A stretch of 64,000 nucleotides of DNA from Catajapyx aquilonaris (Eukaryota): assembly GCA_000934665.2 (NCBI GenBank), contig KZ538483.1, positions 1 through 64,000 of the forward strand, given 5' to 3'. Numbering within the stretch: the stretch's first letter is position 1; each line of letters begins with the position of its first letter. A program made the position numbers and the translations under genes. Positions 1-12,460 of the stretch are shown piece after piece. The notes under the pieces are model-generated. The model was not told where the DNA came from. It was given only the letters and a program-made list of their open reading frames with translations, and made no database searches.

Positions 1-40
1 AATAAATTATTTGGAAATTTTAAAAAATTGCTAAGCTTGA

Positions 41-41
<1 letters not shown>

Positions 42-97
<56 letters not shown>

Positions 98-116
98 TAT
101 TATTATTATTATTATT
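42..116. repeat. (AAT)n/(ATT)n microsatellite
   Basis: Direct; similar tracts at 8333-8399, 9662-9720, 53665-53770 and 59358-59430. Confidence 0.95.
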
Positions 117-1119
117 GGCGACATGGCAGCTATCACAATTTGAGTACGTAATTTTCTTTTCTAAAAAAAGGGTAGACTACCACTACTAGTCAAATATATA
201 TGGCAAAGTCTGTATGTTTGTCAAGGTTGCCATGGTACATTTTGCCAAACGGGTTGACTATTTATTGCTAGAGATAGAGATGGCAATTAATGTAAGAGGA
301 AGGACGATGCGCAATCCCGGATGGGACTTGCAGTTACACACGCAAGGGGCATGAAAAATCGTCCCTTCCAGGCATTTAAAAAAAAAAGTGCAGGCGAGAG
401 AAGCGGGGAGGAGGGGAAGGGAGGAGCGGGGAGGAAGGGAAGAGAGAGAGAGAAAAAATGTCCATCAATCCCCAAAAAAGGTTGGGAAGAAAGAAAAGGC
501 CTGGCGGCTCGCAGCTTCCAGACAAAGATGGATGAGTCGTAATTAAGTCCCCCTCCTCCAGGCGACCCTTCTTCGTCATCATGGCTCATGGGCCAATCTG
601 ACCCAATACAGCGCATGCGCACAAGGCTCCAGTGTCCGCAACATTAATAATTGGGACATTGAGTGCAAAAAAATATCAATTTGTTCGTTTTTTGGTTAAA
701 AAAATTGAGGATTAGCTAATACTCTGCTAATACTAATATCATATAATTATCACTTATTACAAATATTATATTAGTTATCAATAAAATTGCATCACTTATT
801 ACAAATATTATATCGGTTATTAAAATTATAGCATGCCAGTTATTAAAATACCACATATATCATAATATAGTCTATATAAAATATGAAATATGAAATCAGT
901 AGGCCCTATACTCAAGAATTTTACATAGGTTCTTACTGATACTAATATATGTTATTAAAATTATGTAACTTATTAAATTATACCAGTTATAAGCTATATA
1001 AATTATATCAGTTATAAGTTATATTAATTATACCAGTTATTAATATGATATCGTTATTAGAATTTAATTATTATTAATGCTGTAAAATTATATCAGTTTA
1101 TTAAAATTTTATTAATTGT

Positions 1120-1560
1120 TAATAAAATTATGCGAATTATTACAATTTAACTACTTATAAATAAAATTATGCAAATTATTAAAATTTAATTACTTATCAA
1201 TAAAATTATACAAATTATTAAAATTTAATTACTTATTAATAAAATTATACAAATTATTAAAATTTAATTACTTATTAATAAAATCAAGAATAAAATACTA
1301 TTGTACCAGTTATTAAAATGTAATTAATTATTAATACTGTAAAATTATTGGTCCATTAGTTATTAGTGTATCCGTTATTAATATTTTAATTATTAATAAT
1401 ATTTTAATTATTACTAATGTTTTAATTACTAATATTTTAATGATTAATATTTTAATTATTACTAATATTTTAGTTATTACTAATATTTCAATTATTACTA
1501 ATATTTCAATTATTACTAATATTTTAATTATTACTAATATTTTAATTATTATTGATATGG
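1120..1560. repeat. AT-rich minisatellites (~39-bp unit, then 18-bp TAATATTTTAATTATTAC unit)
   Basis: Visible tandem units; source of the spurious IIKILV-repeat ORF. Confidence 0.85.
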
Positions 1561-2189
1561 ATATTATTGTTATTTCTGAAGCACCGCGATGAATCCAGAT
1601 TGTCCCTTTGTTGACGATCCTATTGTTGCTCTGTCCGATAGTGTCGTGAAGGAGTAGACTATGCATATAGTGCGATTTTTTTTAAACGGGGGAAAAAAAC
1701 AGCTTCTAAAAACAGGAGAATTGAAGGTGAAATATTTTTGTAAAATGCTGTCAGATTCATAGCTGTAGCCCCTGCATGTCCAAAACACGGTTCGAAGCGA
1801 GTGTTGTAACAATATAACGGAACGTCGATAATATTTGTGAGCAAGAAGCAAACTCAACATTACTATAAAAAAATTGTGGAAAAGCCGACGGCGGATGTGT
1901 GATGTAATTGTTGCTTTTTTTTTAAAAAAAAATAATTTTTGAAAACTGTTTGTTGTAGACATCGGGTTCATACGGGCAAATATTTCGTCGTTGTTGTTGT
2001 CTTTCACTGTAGTATATCGGTTTTTGGTCATGATCGGATCATGTCTTATTTTCATATGAGTATAGCCAATGATAGATTCAATGTCACAAACCTTTAATTG
2101 TTATTCTGATGTGGGACCTAATAATTAATTTGTTGGAGTGGCAGTGCGTTGGTGTCGCATTTTTAGATTTTTATGACTTTTGTTGTCAC

Positions 2190-2665
2190 ATATCGATATT
2201 GATTATTGACATGGAATTTTGGAGACATTTCGATAGCTCGATTCTGATAGGAAATATTTCGATATATCGTGACCTGGCTTTTGGCATAAACATCGATATT
2301 GACAAGAAATTTTGATTACGTCGATTTTATACTTTTCAGTCACATATCGATATTTGATGCCATGTTTGGTGTCATCTCGATATATCGATTTCGTGACCTA
2401 GCTTTTGGCATCAAATATCGATATTGACAAGATATTTTGGTTACATATCGATAAACCGATTTTGATGACTTTTACGTCACACATCGATATTTGATGCCAT
2501 GTTTGGTGTTATCTCGATATATCGATTTCGTGACCTGGCTTTTGGCATCAAATATCGATATTGACAAAATAATTTGGGTATATATATGTATATATCGATA
2601 AACCGCTTGTGATATGACTTTTACGTCACATATCGATATATGATGCAATCTTCATTTCGATACAT
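2190..2665. repeat. ATCGAT-rich tandem repeat, ~125-137-bp unit x3
   Basis: GTGACCTRGCTTTTGGCAT..ATCGATATTGACAA recurs at ~2269, 2393 and 2530. Confidence 0.85.
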
Positions 2666-3923
2666 ATCGTGCAATTTTCGACCTGTAAAATCCAGATGTC
2701 GCACCTGCAGCACTTCCACTCCAACTAATTAGGTGCGACGTGCCACATGGGCGCCGCCATTTTTGGTCCAAATCAAGACGCCTTTAATTTTACGACCACA
2801 TGTCTCCCCCATGAATCTCGTTGTCTACGAGTCAACCTGCCTTATACATTATGTTTTTCTTGATCCTCATCGCCTTTGGCTGGCGGTGGTATAGAAGGGG
2901 GGGGGGGGGGGNGGGGGGCGAATGTTTTGGCAGTTCCTAGGCGTGAGCATGCGTGCAGGCAAAATGAGAAAACAAAGCCTAGGGGACCGAGACGAAAGGC
3001 CGGCAAGAGCTGGATGCGACGGGAGAGAGATGGCCCGGATTTCTTTTTTAGGGGAGAAGGAGACCCCCGGATGAAATATGGCGCCTGCATCCACTTGCCT
3101 AATAGCTTTTTTTTTCCCCTCCCTTCTTCTTCTTGTACCTTCAAGGGAGGAAGAATTTCTTGGAGGAGCCATGAGGCTGTCGCAAGGCAGTTTTGGGAGC
3201 GTGTTGAGGTCAGATTGTAATTAAAACGCTCGTAAATTTTGTCCCCAGTTTGGCTTCGCCGCTTGTACATAAATAATAGCTGTGCAGATACCACGTGTCT
3301 ATTTTGGAAGGAGGGCGTGGGCCCAATGAGGTAAAAAGGGGTGTACTGGAATAGCCCATTCTGCAAGGTGCGTTCACACCTTTCAGACAGTTTGGACCGA
3401 AAATGGTGGGCTAATATATTTTGACGCCATTTTTGCTCCAAAGAAATTATGTCACTCGAATGAACAAATCAGAGGATCAAATTCGCGAAAATCTGGGCGA
3501 TATCGGTAATCTGTGCGATATCGGGAATGCCCTATCGACAATCGATATTTAATTAATATCCCGTGGCATGCAATGTGTCTAAAAGTTAAATATCGATTTG
3601 GACGTGTATCGCAGATTGTAAATGTAGCACAGTGATATCGATAACAGAAAATTATTTACATTTATCTCACATATGTCAGATAGCCTACATCGGTATGTAG
3701 TTAACAATTAATTACAAATATACAAATAGTATAATTAGAATAATTATTACGTGTAATGAAAATAAAGTCATGGTTAAACTGCAAATGATGAAATAAATTA
3801 AAATAAATAATTAAAGAAAAAGTCAAATTTAAAAGTACGGTAATTCATGATTAAACTGGTAAATAATTCAATACACTAAATTAAAAGAATTAATCAATTA
3901 AATTTGTACGGTATATGAATATA

Positions 3924-4064
3924 CAGTGGTGGAAATTAATGGACATCCACACGTATCGCCGCCTGACGGAGCTTTTCCTTGAGGCCTACATGAAACAGGT
4001 TCATGTAAAGGAAAAGCTCCACCAGGGGGTTATACTTGTGGATATCCATTAATTTCCACCACTG
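3924..4064. mobile_element. Tc1/mariner-type MITE, 141 bp
   Basis: TA|CAGTGGTGGAAATTAATGGACATCCACA ... TGTGGATATCCATTAATTTCCACCACTG|TA. Further internal inverted blocks GGAGCTTTTCCTT/AAGGAAAAGCTCC and TACATGAA/TTCATGTA. Confidence 0.9.
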
Positions 4065-4946
4065 TACCGCCGAAGAGAGTACAATAAATTAAATTGCAAA
4101 TATTTAAATCGCTTAAAACACTAATAATTAAATAGGTTAAATTACAAACGATTATAAAGTACATGTAATCCACCAATTGAATAAACCACCAGTTTCAACT
4201 TTCAAAGGTAAAGTAGATATATGTCATTGCACTTGTTTACATGCGAATGAAGACAGAAAATCCGGGCTTCTGGCTCCTTGTGAATCTGTATGTCGAGGAA
4301 AATAAATTTTTTTGGCGACTATAATTATGTACCGATGGTCACCGATATCGACTAGCTGTTTTGAGGTCAATATCGTCGACATTTAAATGTTGTCAATATT
4401 GCGCACATGTCCTCTCTCCTTCTTTTTTTTGTTGATTATTGACTCTTTGACCGCTTGACTGTTGCATAATTAAGCATAAATTAAGCCAGAAAATTTCGCA
4501 CCCGTGGACATCGTGTGAGTCATGATGAAAATATTTAAACCAAACATGTCATTTACCCGTTGAAAAGTGGAGCATGTCAGTTCCAACCCACCCACCACCC
4601 ATTGCTCCCCACCTCCACCCCCACCCACCTTCCCCCCCTTTAAAAAAATGTCCAAGAACGGAAACAGCTGACGATCAATCCGCAAGCCAAAGCCAACCAA
4701 GCGGCTGGAAACCTCAACTTGTGTTTTTGACAGGTAGTTTCTACCATCGGGCATATTCCCCACGGAGTCTCCCCCCCCCCACCCCTTCCACCCTGCTGTC
4801 GTGACTCATATACCCCTTCGCCCTCCCTCTACATCTGGTAACCCCTCTGTAGATGCCACGTGGTCAATCCTCCGCCTGGTAACCCTTGCATAAAAGATTG
4901 GGGAAAAGAGCACTGCAAGAGACAGCGACACGATTTTTTGGGGGGG

Positions 4947-6560
4947 AAATTTCAGTTTCGTACCAATTTCATACCTATTTTGCACCTATTCCGTGCCAAT
5001 TTCGTACTGTACCAATTTTGTTTCAAATCTTTTGCAAAATTCGTACAAGTAAAAAAAAAATGTGTCCTTTTCTTACCAGTTTTGTGCCTACCAATTTTGT
5101 ACCTAATTCGTGTGCCCAATTTCGAACCCATTTGTAGTAAATTTCGTTCCAGTTTTGTACCCAATTTGTTCCCATTCAGTGCAAATTTCATATCCAGTTT
5201 GTACAAAAGTTGTGCCCATTTTGTACCTAATGCGTGCAAAATTTGTACCAAATTCGTGCAAAATTGGTTCCAAATTCGTGGCCTCAAATTGAGTACAAAA
5301 TTTGTACTTAATGGGCACAAAACTGACACAATTTTTACCCTACAAACTGGCACCGGTACCGAACGAATTGGTACAAATTGAGCACGAATTGGGCACGAAT
5401 TTTGCACGAATTTGGTACAAATTTTGCACGAATTTCGTGCAAAGTTTGTACCAAATTCGTACAAAAGTTGTGCCCATTTTGTACCCAATTCGTGCAAAAT
5501 TTGTACCCTTTTTGTACCAAATTCGTGCAATGTTCGTGCCCAATTCGTGCTCAATTGGTACCAATTCGTTCGGTACCGGTGCCAGTTTGTAGGGTAAAAA
5601 TTGTGTCAGTTTTGTGCCCATTAAGTACAAATTTTGTACTCAATTTGAGGCCATTTCGTACCTGTTTTGCACCAATTTTTGGGTCAATTTTGTACAAATT
5701 TCGTATTAATTTCGTACCCGTTGTAGTACAAGTTTTGTTCCTAATTTGTACCAATTTCACACCAATTCCGAACTAATTTTGGACCCATTTTTTATTTACC
5801 AATTTTGAACTACATTTGTACCCAACTTGTACCGATTTTAAACTAATTTCGAACCCATTTCTCGCCAATTTCGTACCAGTTTCGTACCAATTTCCAACCA
5901 ATTCCGAACTAATTTTGTACCCATTTTGTACCAATTTTGAACCAAATTTGGACCCAACTTGTACCAATTTTAAACTAATTTCGAACCAAATTCTCACCTA
6001 TTTTTTGCCAATGTCGTACCAGTTTCGTACCCATTTTATTCCCGTTTTCGTACCAGTTTTGTTCCCAATTTGTACCAATTTCGAACTAATTTTGGACCAA
6101 TTTTGAACCAATTTTGGACCCAACTTGTACCGATCTCGAACTAATTTCGCACCAATTCATTTCGTACCCATTTTATGCTCATTTTCGTACCAGTTTTGTT
6201 CCCAATTTGTACCAATTTTACAATAATTTTATAGCAATTCCGAACCAATGTTTGGCCAATTTTGAACCCGGAAAATTTTGACCCAACTTGTACCGATTTC
6301 GAACCAATTTCGCACCAATTCTTCAGCGTCAATTTCATACCCATTTTATACCCGTTTTCGCACCAGTTTTGTTCCCAATTTCACACAAATTTTGTACCCC
6401 TTTCGCACCCATTTCTTACCACTCAATGATGCTGAACCAACGTATTTGCACCAAATTTGGACCCAACTTGTGCCAATTTCATACTAATTTCGCACCAATT
6501 TCGCAACAGTTTTGGTCCTATTTTGTATCCATTTTCATGCCAAATTCGTACCCATTTGAT
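4947..6560. repeat. 11-bp-period degenerate minisatellite (AATTTCGTACC/TTTGTACCAAA) with internal foldback
   Basis: Continuous ~11-bp periodicity that gives many spurious ORFs; inverted arms at 5280-5421 and 5511-5652. Confidence 0.92.
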
Positions 6561-7109
6561 GACGTCGGTTCCGGTACGAAATGAAAGAATAAGTACAGTT
6601 AGGCATTTTTCTTCTCTATTCTTGTTTGGGGTGACCTCCGACTGGGGGCCTCCGTGACCTCTCCCTGGTCTGTGGGAACCAACCCTAAGCTGCTCCCATT
6701 ATTTGCCGGCTGCTGTCTGCGGGAGACAAATGACGATCGGCCCTCCCCCACCTATGTTCCCTTCTCCTCCTTCCCCCTTCCTCCTTCCCCCTCCTCCAGA
6801 GACCGAAGCTTCCTTCGTGATCATGACAAATCTGAAGGCTTGTCGGGAGGCGTAATGACCTATTGTGCTACCCTCCAATGGCCCCTGCCAAACAACACGC
6901 GGCCTCACATGTTGCCTTTCCCTCTTCACGCGACTAATAGGCCTACTAATGCGTCCTTTCTTGCCTTATTAAAGCCTGCTTGCGCCCCGGCCACAATTGA
7001 CCCCCGGAACACTCTCTGACATGGGTCTCCCCCCCCCATTCCTTTTGTGATGGGTCAATGTTCAAACATGTGATCGGGCCAGTTTGGGGGGTTTTAAAGA
7101 TATAAAATG

Positions 7110-7212
7110 ATGGGTAGATGGCGCTGGCTTATCAACAGTAGGGGCACAACAAGCTAGAAAATATAACTGCTATCGGGCGATATCAGTTATCAAAAAGTAT
7201 CTAGAACACCCT
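7110..7212 (-). mobile_element. DNA-transposon remnant shared with 32531-32620
   Basis: Reverse complement AGGGTGTT...ATAACTGATATCGCCCGATA...CGCCATCTA matches TA|CAGGGTGTTT...ATAACTGATATCGCCCGATA...CGCCATCTA at 32529-32613. Confidence 0.6.
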
Positions 7213-7213
7213 A

Positions 7214-7512
7214 TCTATATAAATAAAGCCGTTTGTGAGTCTGTCTGTCTGTCTGTCCGCCTGCCAACCGTCATTTGCCTGCCATCTGTAGTCAACCCCC
7301 CAACACCTCCATCCTCTCCCGGCCTGGGGGTGGAGCACAGATGGCAGGCAAATGACGGTTGCCGTTATACAGGCTGGAGAGGTTGAAGGTGTTGGAGCAG
7401 CAGGACCACAGATGGCAGTGGTGGGCGGACAGACAGAAAGACTGACAGTTGACGGGGCTACTGGCAGGTGTTTTCCCTTCATCCATTTCTTCCCGGGCAA
7501 CGCCGCAGCTAG
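7214..7512 (+). mobile_element. Non-autonomous Helitron-like element
   Basis: A|TCTATATAAATAAA 5' end, (GTCT)n microsatellite, GC-rich CCCGGGCAACGCCG near the 3' end, CTAG|T terminus, no TSD. Confidence 0.7.
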
Positions 7513-8333
7513 TATAATATAAAAGGCAAAGTTTGTCGGTATGTCCCATTTCCATTTCCCTCTACCGCCCCTTCCGAACATTGAGCATTCTTTTGGGACT
7601 TAATTGCCGTCCTGTCCATCCAGAAGACACTGAGGTGTATGCAAATGAGTTCCAGAAAGTGATGGTTTTGATGGAAATGATTCCCCCCTCCACCTCCTCC
7701 CCCTCCTCCAAAGAGTCCTGGACAAGTAGACGTCTTATGATGAAGGATGAGCACAGGTGTGTAGGTGCAATTCATCACAGAATCCTCCAGTTGGGGAGCT
7801 CCAAAGAAGCGGAGGCCGCAGCATCAATAACCCGCCCCTCCCATGGTCACAGAGGTCAGGAGGTCTCCTGCCTTACAATGCTCCCCGGACCCATTCATCA
7901 CTCGGTTTGCCCACACTGGTCCGCGGGAGGTCACCACTCGCCTTTTTTTTTTAAACTTCATCTTCTACTCCTTCCTCTCCATGCAGCGTGGTTTTTTCCT
8001 CACCACACACCACACCAGGTCTTTCCCATCGTCTTATCGTGACGGCAGTAGCTTCGGGGTCGTCACCTGTCACTCAATATGGACGAGTGGCGGACTTTGA
8101 CAGGGGTCCAGGACAGGGAGACAAATGGGGGAAGCTGCAGGTAGGGTCACGTCACGGATGCGTGAGCAACAATAAGCTAATATTTAGGGAGGAAGCACGT
8201 GTTTGCAGGGCACTTACCAAAGACGTCAGGCTTATGCGCATGCGCGGATGTACCCATTCAAAATGGCGTCGTCCGAAAGGACTCAAAATGGCGGCCACCC
8301 ACCCAATTCAAAATGGTGTCTTCTTCATCTGCC

Positions 8334-8401
<68 letters not shown>

Positions 8402-8545
8402 CGACCAGTGACGTCATGCAATTCAAAATGGCGGTCTTATTTACTTCTGAAATTCAAAATGGCGTCTTTAATACTTATAATAATAGTAAATAATAATGCA
8501 ATGGTAGTAGTGGTGGTGGTGGTGGTCGTAGTAGTAGTAGCTCGT

Positions 8546-8774
8546 CTGAAGCAGGTTGGCATAGGGGATAAGGCGTCCGACTGCTAATCGGGAGGTCCTG
8601 GGTTCGAATCCCGGGGCCGGCAACCTTGACCGTGGTTTTCTGTGGTTTTCCACGGTCTTTCTAGGATAATTCCGGGGTTGCTTCCATATAATAGGCCACA
8701 GCCGCTTCCTTCCTTCCCTATCCTTGGAGGTTGAAAGGCAATGCTGGGCCAACCGCCTTAAATATATCAATTAT

Positions 8775-8836
<62 letters not shown>
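8546..8836 (+). mobile_element. tRNA-derived SINE, family A, copy 1
   Basis: A-box TGGCATAGGGG, anticodon-like arm with CTGCTAA loop, B-box GGTTCGAATCCC, body GGTTTTCTGTGGTTTT...AGGCCACAGCCGCTTCCTTCC, ends in (GTA)n. Homologous to the copy at 53345-53623. Confidence 0.88.
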
Positions 8837-8838
<2 letters not shown>

Positions 8839-8893
8839 CGAAGATTCAAAATGGCGGCGCCCACCCAATTCAATATGGCATATACTTATTCTT

Positions 8894-9645
8894 GGGGAAA
8901 TAGACAGGAGAGTTAGTTCTGGGTTGAAAGTAATAGGTGCCACAAGTAAGTTTTCTAGAAATAAGGACTTATCTTCTGCCTGTAGGTTGTCTGTCTATTC
9001 TCACGTTATTGTTCCTTCACTTATGTATGGTAGTGAAGCGTGGGTTTGGTCAGATAGGCATAAGAGTAGGGTGTTGGCTACAGAGATGCGTTATCTCCGG
9101 GCTGTTTGTGGGGTTACCAAGTTCGATAGGATTAGGAATGAGGAGATTTTGGAGAGGTGTAATGTTAAGGAGACTGTTAAAGATAAGGTGTGTAGGTCTA
9201 CTCTAAGGTGGTTTGGCCATGTGGAGAGGATGAAGGAGGAGGAGATTGTGAAGAAGGTTTATTTGGGTGGAGTAATTGGTAAGAGGGGCAAGGGTAGGCC
9301 TAGGAAGACATGGTTGGACCAGGTGGGTCAGTGTCTTAAGGGTGTTGCTAGTGTTAAGCCGAGACGTTCTTGTGTCAATAGGACCATGGACGTGGCTGAG
9401 GCTAGGGTTGTTTGTTTGGATAGGTGTAAATGGCGTAGGTTAATTAATGGGTAAATAGGTAAATAAGTCTGAGGATAAGGTGATGTCTGAGGTGGGCAGG
9501 GGTGGGGGGTGGGACGGGTTGTTTTTAGGTTTATTCTCATGAGTTTTATTAGTTCATATGTTGGGTTAGCTTGCGTCTCCCTTCATCGCTGACTACCCCT
9601 CATAGGGAAATGTCGTGATGTTGTTGTTGTTGTTGTTGTTGTTGT
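8894..9645 (+). mobile_element. 5'-truncated RTE-clade non-LTR retrotransposon (LINE)
   Basis: Frame open from 8894 to 9454: GEIDRRV...LMYGSEAW...EMRYLR...DRIRNEEI...LRWFGHVERM...GKRGKGRPRKTW, the typical RTE ORF C-terminus. Followed by a 3' UTR and (GTT)n tail. 14-bp target-site duplication ATATACTTATTCTT at 8880-8893 and 9646-9659. Confidence 0.93.
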
Positions 9646-9661
9646 ATATACTTATTCTTCC

Positions 9662-9698
<37 letters not shown>

Positions 9699-10132
9699 GT
9701 AATAATAATAATAACAACAACAACAACAACACCACCACCAACAACAACAACAACAATGGCGACGAGTGACGTCATCTGATTCAAAATGGCCTCTTCTTCC
9801 CGTAGTAAGTTAGTAGTAGTAGTAGCAGTAGCAGTAGCAGCAGCCTATAGTAGTAGTAATAATAGCAATAACACCACCCCATTCAAAATGGCTGCCATGA
9901 CGTCATTACATTCAAGATACGGCTATGACGTCCTTTCATTCAAGATGGCAGCCGTGTTTATAGCCTCTTAGCAGAAGAGACTACAGACTACCAGAGTTAT
10001 TTTATCCTGATCGGATTGGTGAATCCGGTATGCCAGGCAGATTTGGTTGAGATGGAGATCTAATAATCAATCATTCAGAGAAGTGATTGGCATTTCGGGT
10101 CGGTTCATCACAGATTCACGTTTCTCCGGCTG

Positions 10133-10183
<51 letters not shown>

Positions 10184-10517
10184 AAGTCATTACCCATCGC
10201 TAAAGCCACCTGCCGGAGACTAGTAGGGGGAGAAAGGGGGCGAGGAGGAGGAGAAAGAAAAATAAAATAAACGCACGTGAGAGAGTCAATCAGCTCGTTC
10301 GGTTTCGGGCTTCTAAAGCACGACCTAGGGTCACGATTAATTATTTTGGAGATTGCAATTGGTAGCTTCAGGAATACGGTAGCGGCTACTAGATGATGTG
10401 TCGTCACGAATTGTATTTCAGTCACTGTGGGAACGTCATTTCTGCTCTATCGAATGGTGAATTCCATTTGCGCTTAAATATCCGCAATTTTCTCCTCATC
10501 ACCCCCGATGTGTTATA

Positions 10518-10724
10518 CCGTCAATTGGGGTGAGATTGTGCCAGATGGGGTGAGATTGTGCCAGCGCATTTTTTGGGGACAACAGTGGATATAGGCGTAA
10601 ACTAGCGCATTTAGGCATGTTTCACTACACGATGTTGGCAATGAAAAGTAAAATTCGCATTAGGGCGCACTGTTGTCCCCCAAAAAAATCCGCTGGCACA
10701 ATCTCACCCCATCCAAATTGACGG
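10518..10724. mobile_element. pogo/Tc1-mariner-like MITE, ~207 bp
   Basis: TA|CCGTCAATT..GGGGTGAGATTGTGCCAG (duplicated on the left) ... CTGGCACAATCTCACCCCATCCAAATTGACGG|TA. Inner IR GGGGACAACAGTG/CACTGTTGTCCCC. Confidence 0.85.
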
Positions 10725-10970
10725 TATATTTGTGAAAATTAATTTTCAGCCAAATGTTTAAATTGTGTGTTCGTAAATGGAAGCAGGTTGAGTCCGACTT
10801 CAAAGGGTGTCTTCCTCTATAAATTTATGTGGAAAAAAAAAAAAAAACCGAGCGTGTCTCTTACCCTATCGCGAATTCCATCTCCATGTCATCGATACTA
10901 TCACCTGGCACCCGCATTCCATCCTCCAGCCAGGGGAATGGGGACCCCGGGTGTTTGAAGGGGCCGTTGT

Positions 10971-10971
<1 letters not shown>

Positions 10972-11042
<71 letters not shown>
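10972..11042. repeat. (GA)n microsatellite abutting an assembly gap
   Basis: Direct; (CT)n tracts also at 10135-10181 and 27747-27782; N run at 11043-11074. Confidence 0.95.
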
Positions 11043-11488
11043 NNNNNNNNNNNNNNNNNNNNNNNNNNNNNNNNGGGTGGGGTATAGGGTGGGGTATAGG
11101 GTGGGTTGGAAGTAAATGAGCCCCTCTCTCCTACCAGACATCCACCATCCCCCTAATGGGGGTTGCCGGTCGGGGTGTAATATTACTGTCGCGTGGCTGG
11201 CAACAAATTCGTTGACAAGCTGAATAATTGTCCCCCTGCCTGGGATTCCTGGCCTGATGAGAAAAGCCTCTCTGAGCAGCTATATAGATACGCATCTGCT
11301 TTGGTTTATTTCCGGGTGACTGGAGAAGCTAACTAATAATAGTCAAAGTGTTTGTGTTGACTCTTGGAGCGAAATGATTTTTTGAGCAAATTTTTGGACC
11401 TGTGGTGACAGGATGACTGATAGGGGTTTCGGTTCTGATGAGGAGGAGGAGGACAAAAAGGGGTGTGAATGACTTCGACGGACAGTTC

Positions 11489-11547
11489 TGAAGTCATTAG
11501 AATAGTTACAACTGTAGCCTACAGTTGTAACTATTCTAATGACTTCA
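11489..11547. repeat. Perfect palindrome, 29-bp arms, 1-nt spacer
   Basis: TGAAGTCATTAGAATAGTTACAACTGTAG-C-CTACAGTTGTAACTATTCTAATGACTTCA. Confidence 0.95.
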
Positions 11548-11768
11548 TTGATAGTACAATATGACGGTCACATTGTACTGGATGCTGTGACTGTGACTGT
11601 GAGTGTCATAAAGTGATTGGATAAAGTCAAATGACTTCTTTCGATAAAAGAAACTACAGTATAGCAGTTAACGATCCCCTTTAACTGATTCTACTTTAAA
11701 AATTACTCGCTATCATACTTAAGATGTAATGGTGATTAAAATACTGATTCTATACTTAAAGGAATGCG

Positions 11769-12460
11769 TAAAAGAGTGATTCTAGTTAAAAGACTACTTA
11801 AAAGAGTGATTCTACGTATCGGTAAAAGAGTGATTCTACGTATCGGTAAAAGAGTGATTCTACGTATGTAAAAGAGTGGCACCACTTAAATGACTGTGAC
11901 TAAAAAAGTGATATTACTTAAAGACGCAGTGAAAGAGTGATTGTACGTAAAAGACAGTCTATATGACAGAGTGACTAATACTTTAAAGACCACATAAAAT
12001 CCTGAGTCTACGTAAGAACTTTAACGTACGTATAATCACTCTTGTAATAGTCTTTTAGGTATAGAATCACTCTTGTAATAGTCTTTTAGGTATAGAATCA
12101 CTCTTGTAATAGTCTTTTAGGTATAGAATCACTCTTGTAATAGTCTTTTAGGTATAGAATCACTCTTGTAATAGTCTTTTAGGTGTAGAATCACTCTTGT
12201 AATAGTCTTTTAGGTATAGAATCACTCTTTTACAGTTATCGTAGAATCACTCTTTTGCAGTTGTCGTAGAATCACTCTTTTGCAGTTGTCGTAGAATCAC
12301 TCTTTTGCAGTTGTCGTAGAATCACTCTTTTACAGTTGTCGTAGAATCACTCTTTTACAGTTGTCGTAGAATCACTCTTTTACAGTTGTCGTAGAATCAC
12401 TCTTTTACAGTTGTCGTAGAATCACTCTTTTACAGTGTTGTAGAATCACTCTTTTACATA
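11769..12460. repeat. Composite minisatellite on core AAGAGTGATTCTA: 24-bp units (+), then 31-bp and 25-bp units (inverted)
   Basis: AAAAGAGTGATTCTACGTATCGGT repeats at 11800-11875; TAGAATCACTCTTGTAATAGTCTTTTAGGTA at ~12035-12225; GTAGAATCACTCTTTTACAGTTGTC to 12460. Confidence 0.92.

Noticed and set aside
1331..1666. Ile-rich repeat ORF
   Set aside because: Translation of an 18-bp AT minisatellite.
2842..3441. 199-aa minus-strand ORF
   Set aside because: No recognisable domain; crosses homopolymer runs and an ambiguous base.
4860..6657. Many ORFs up to 200 aa on both strands
   Set aside because: Products of the stop-poor 11-bp minisatellite.
7533..8042. 169-aa plus-strand ORF
   Set aside because: No recognisable homology; sits among transposon debris.
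8548..8622. tRNA-Ser(GCT)-like gene
   Set aside because: No proper acceptor stem or long variable arm; continues into a SINE body and has a diverged second copy with TSD.
12035..12460. CRISPR-like array of 25-31-bp repeats
   Set aside because: Units are contiguous with no unique spacers; no cas genes; eukaryotic context.
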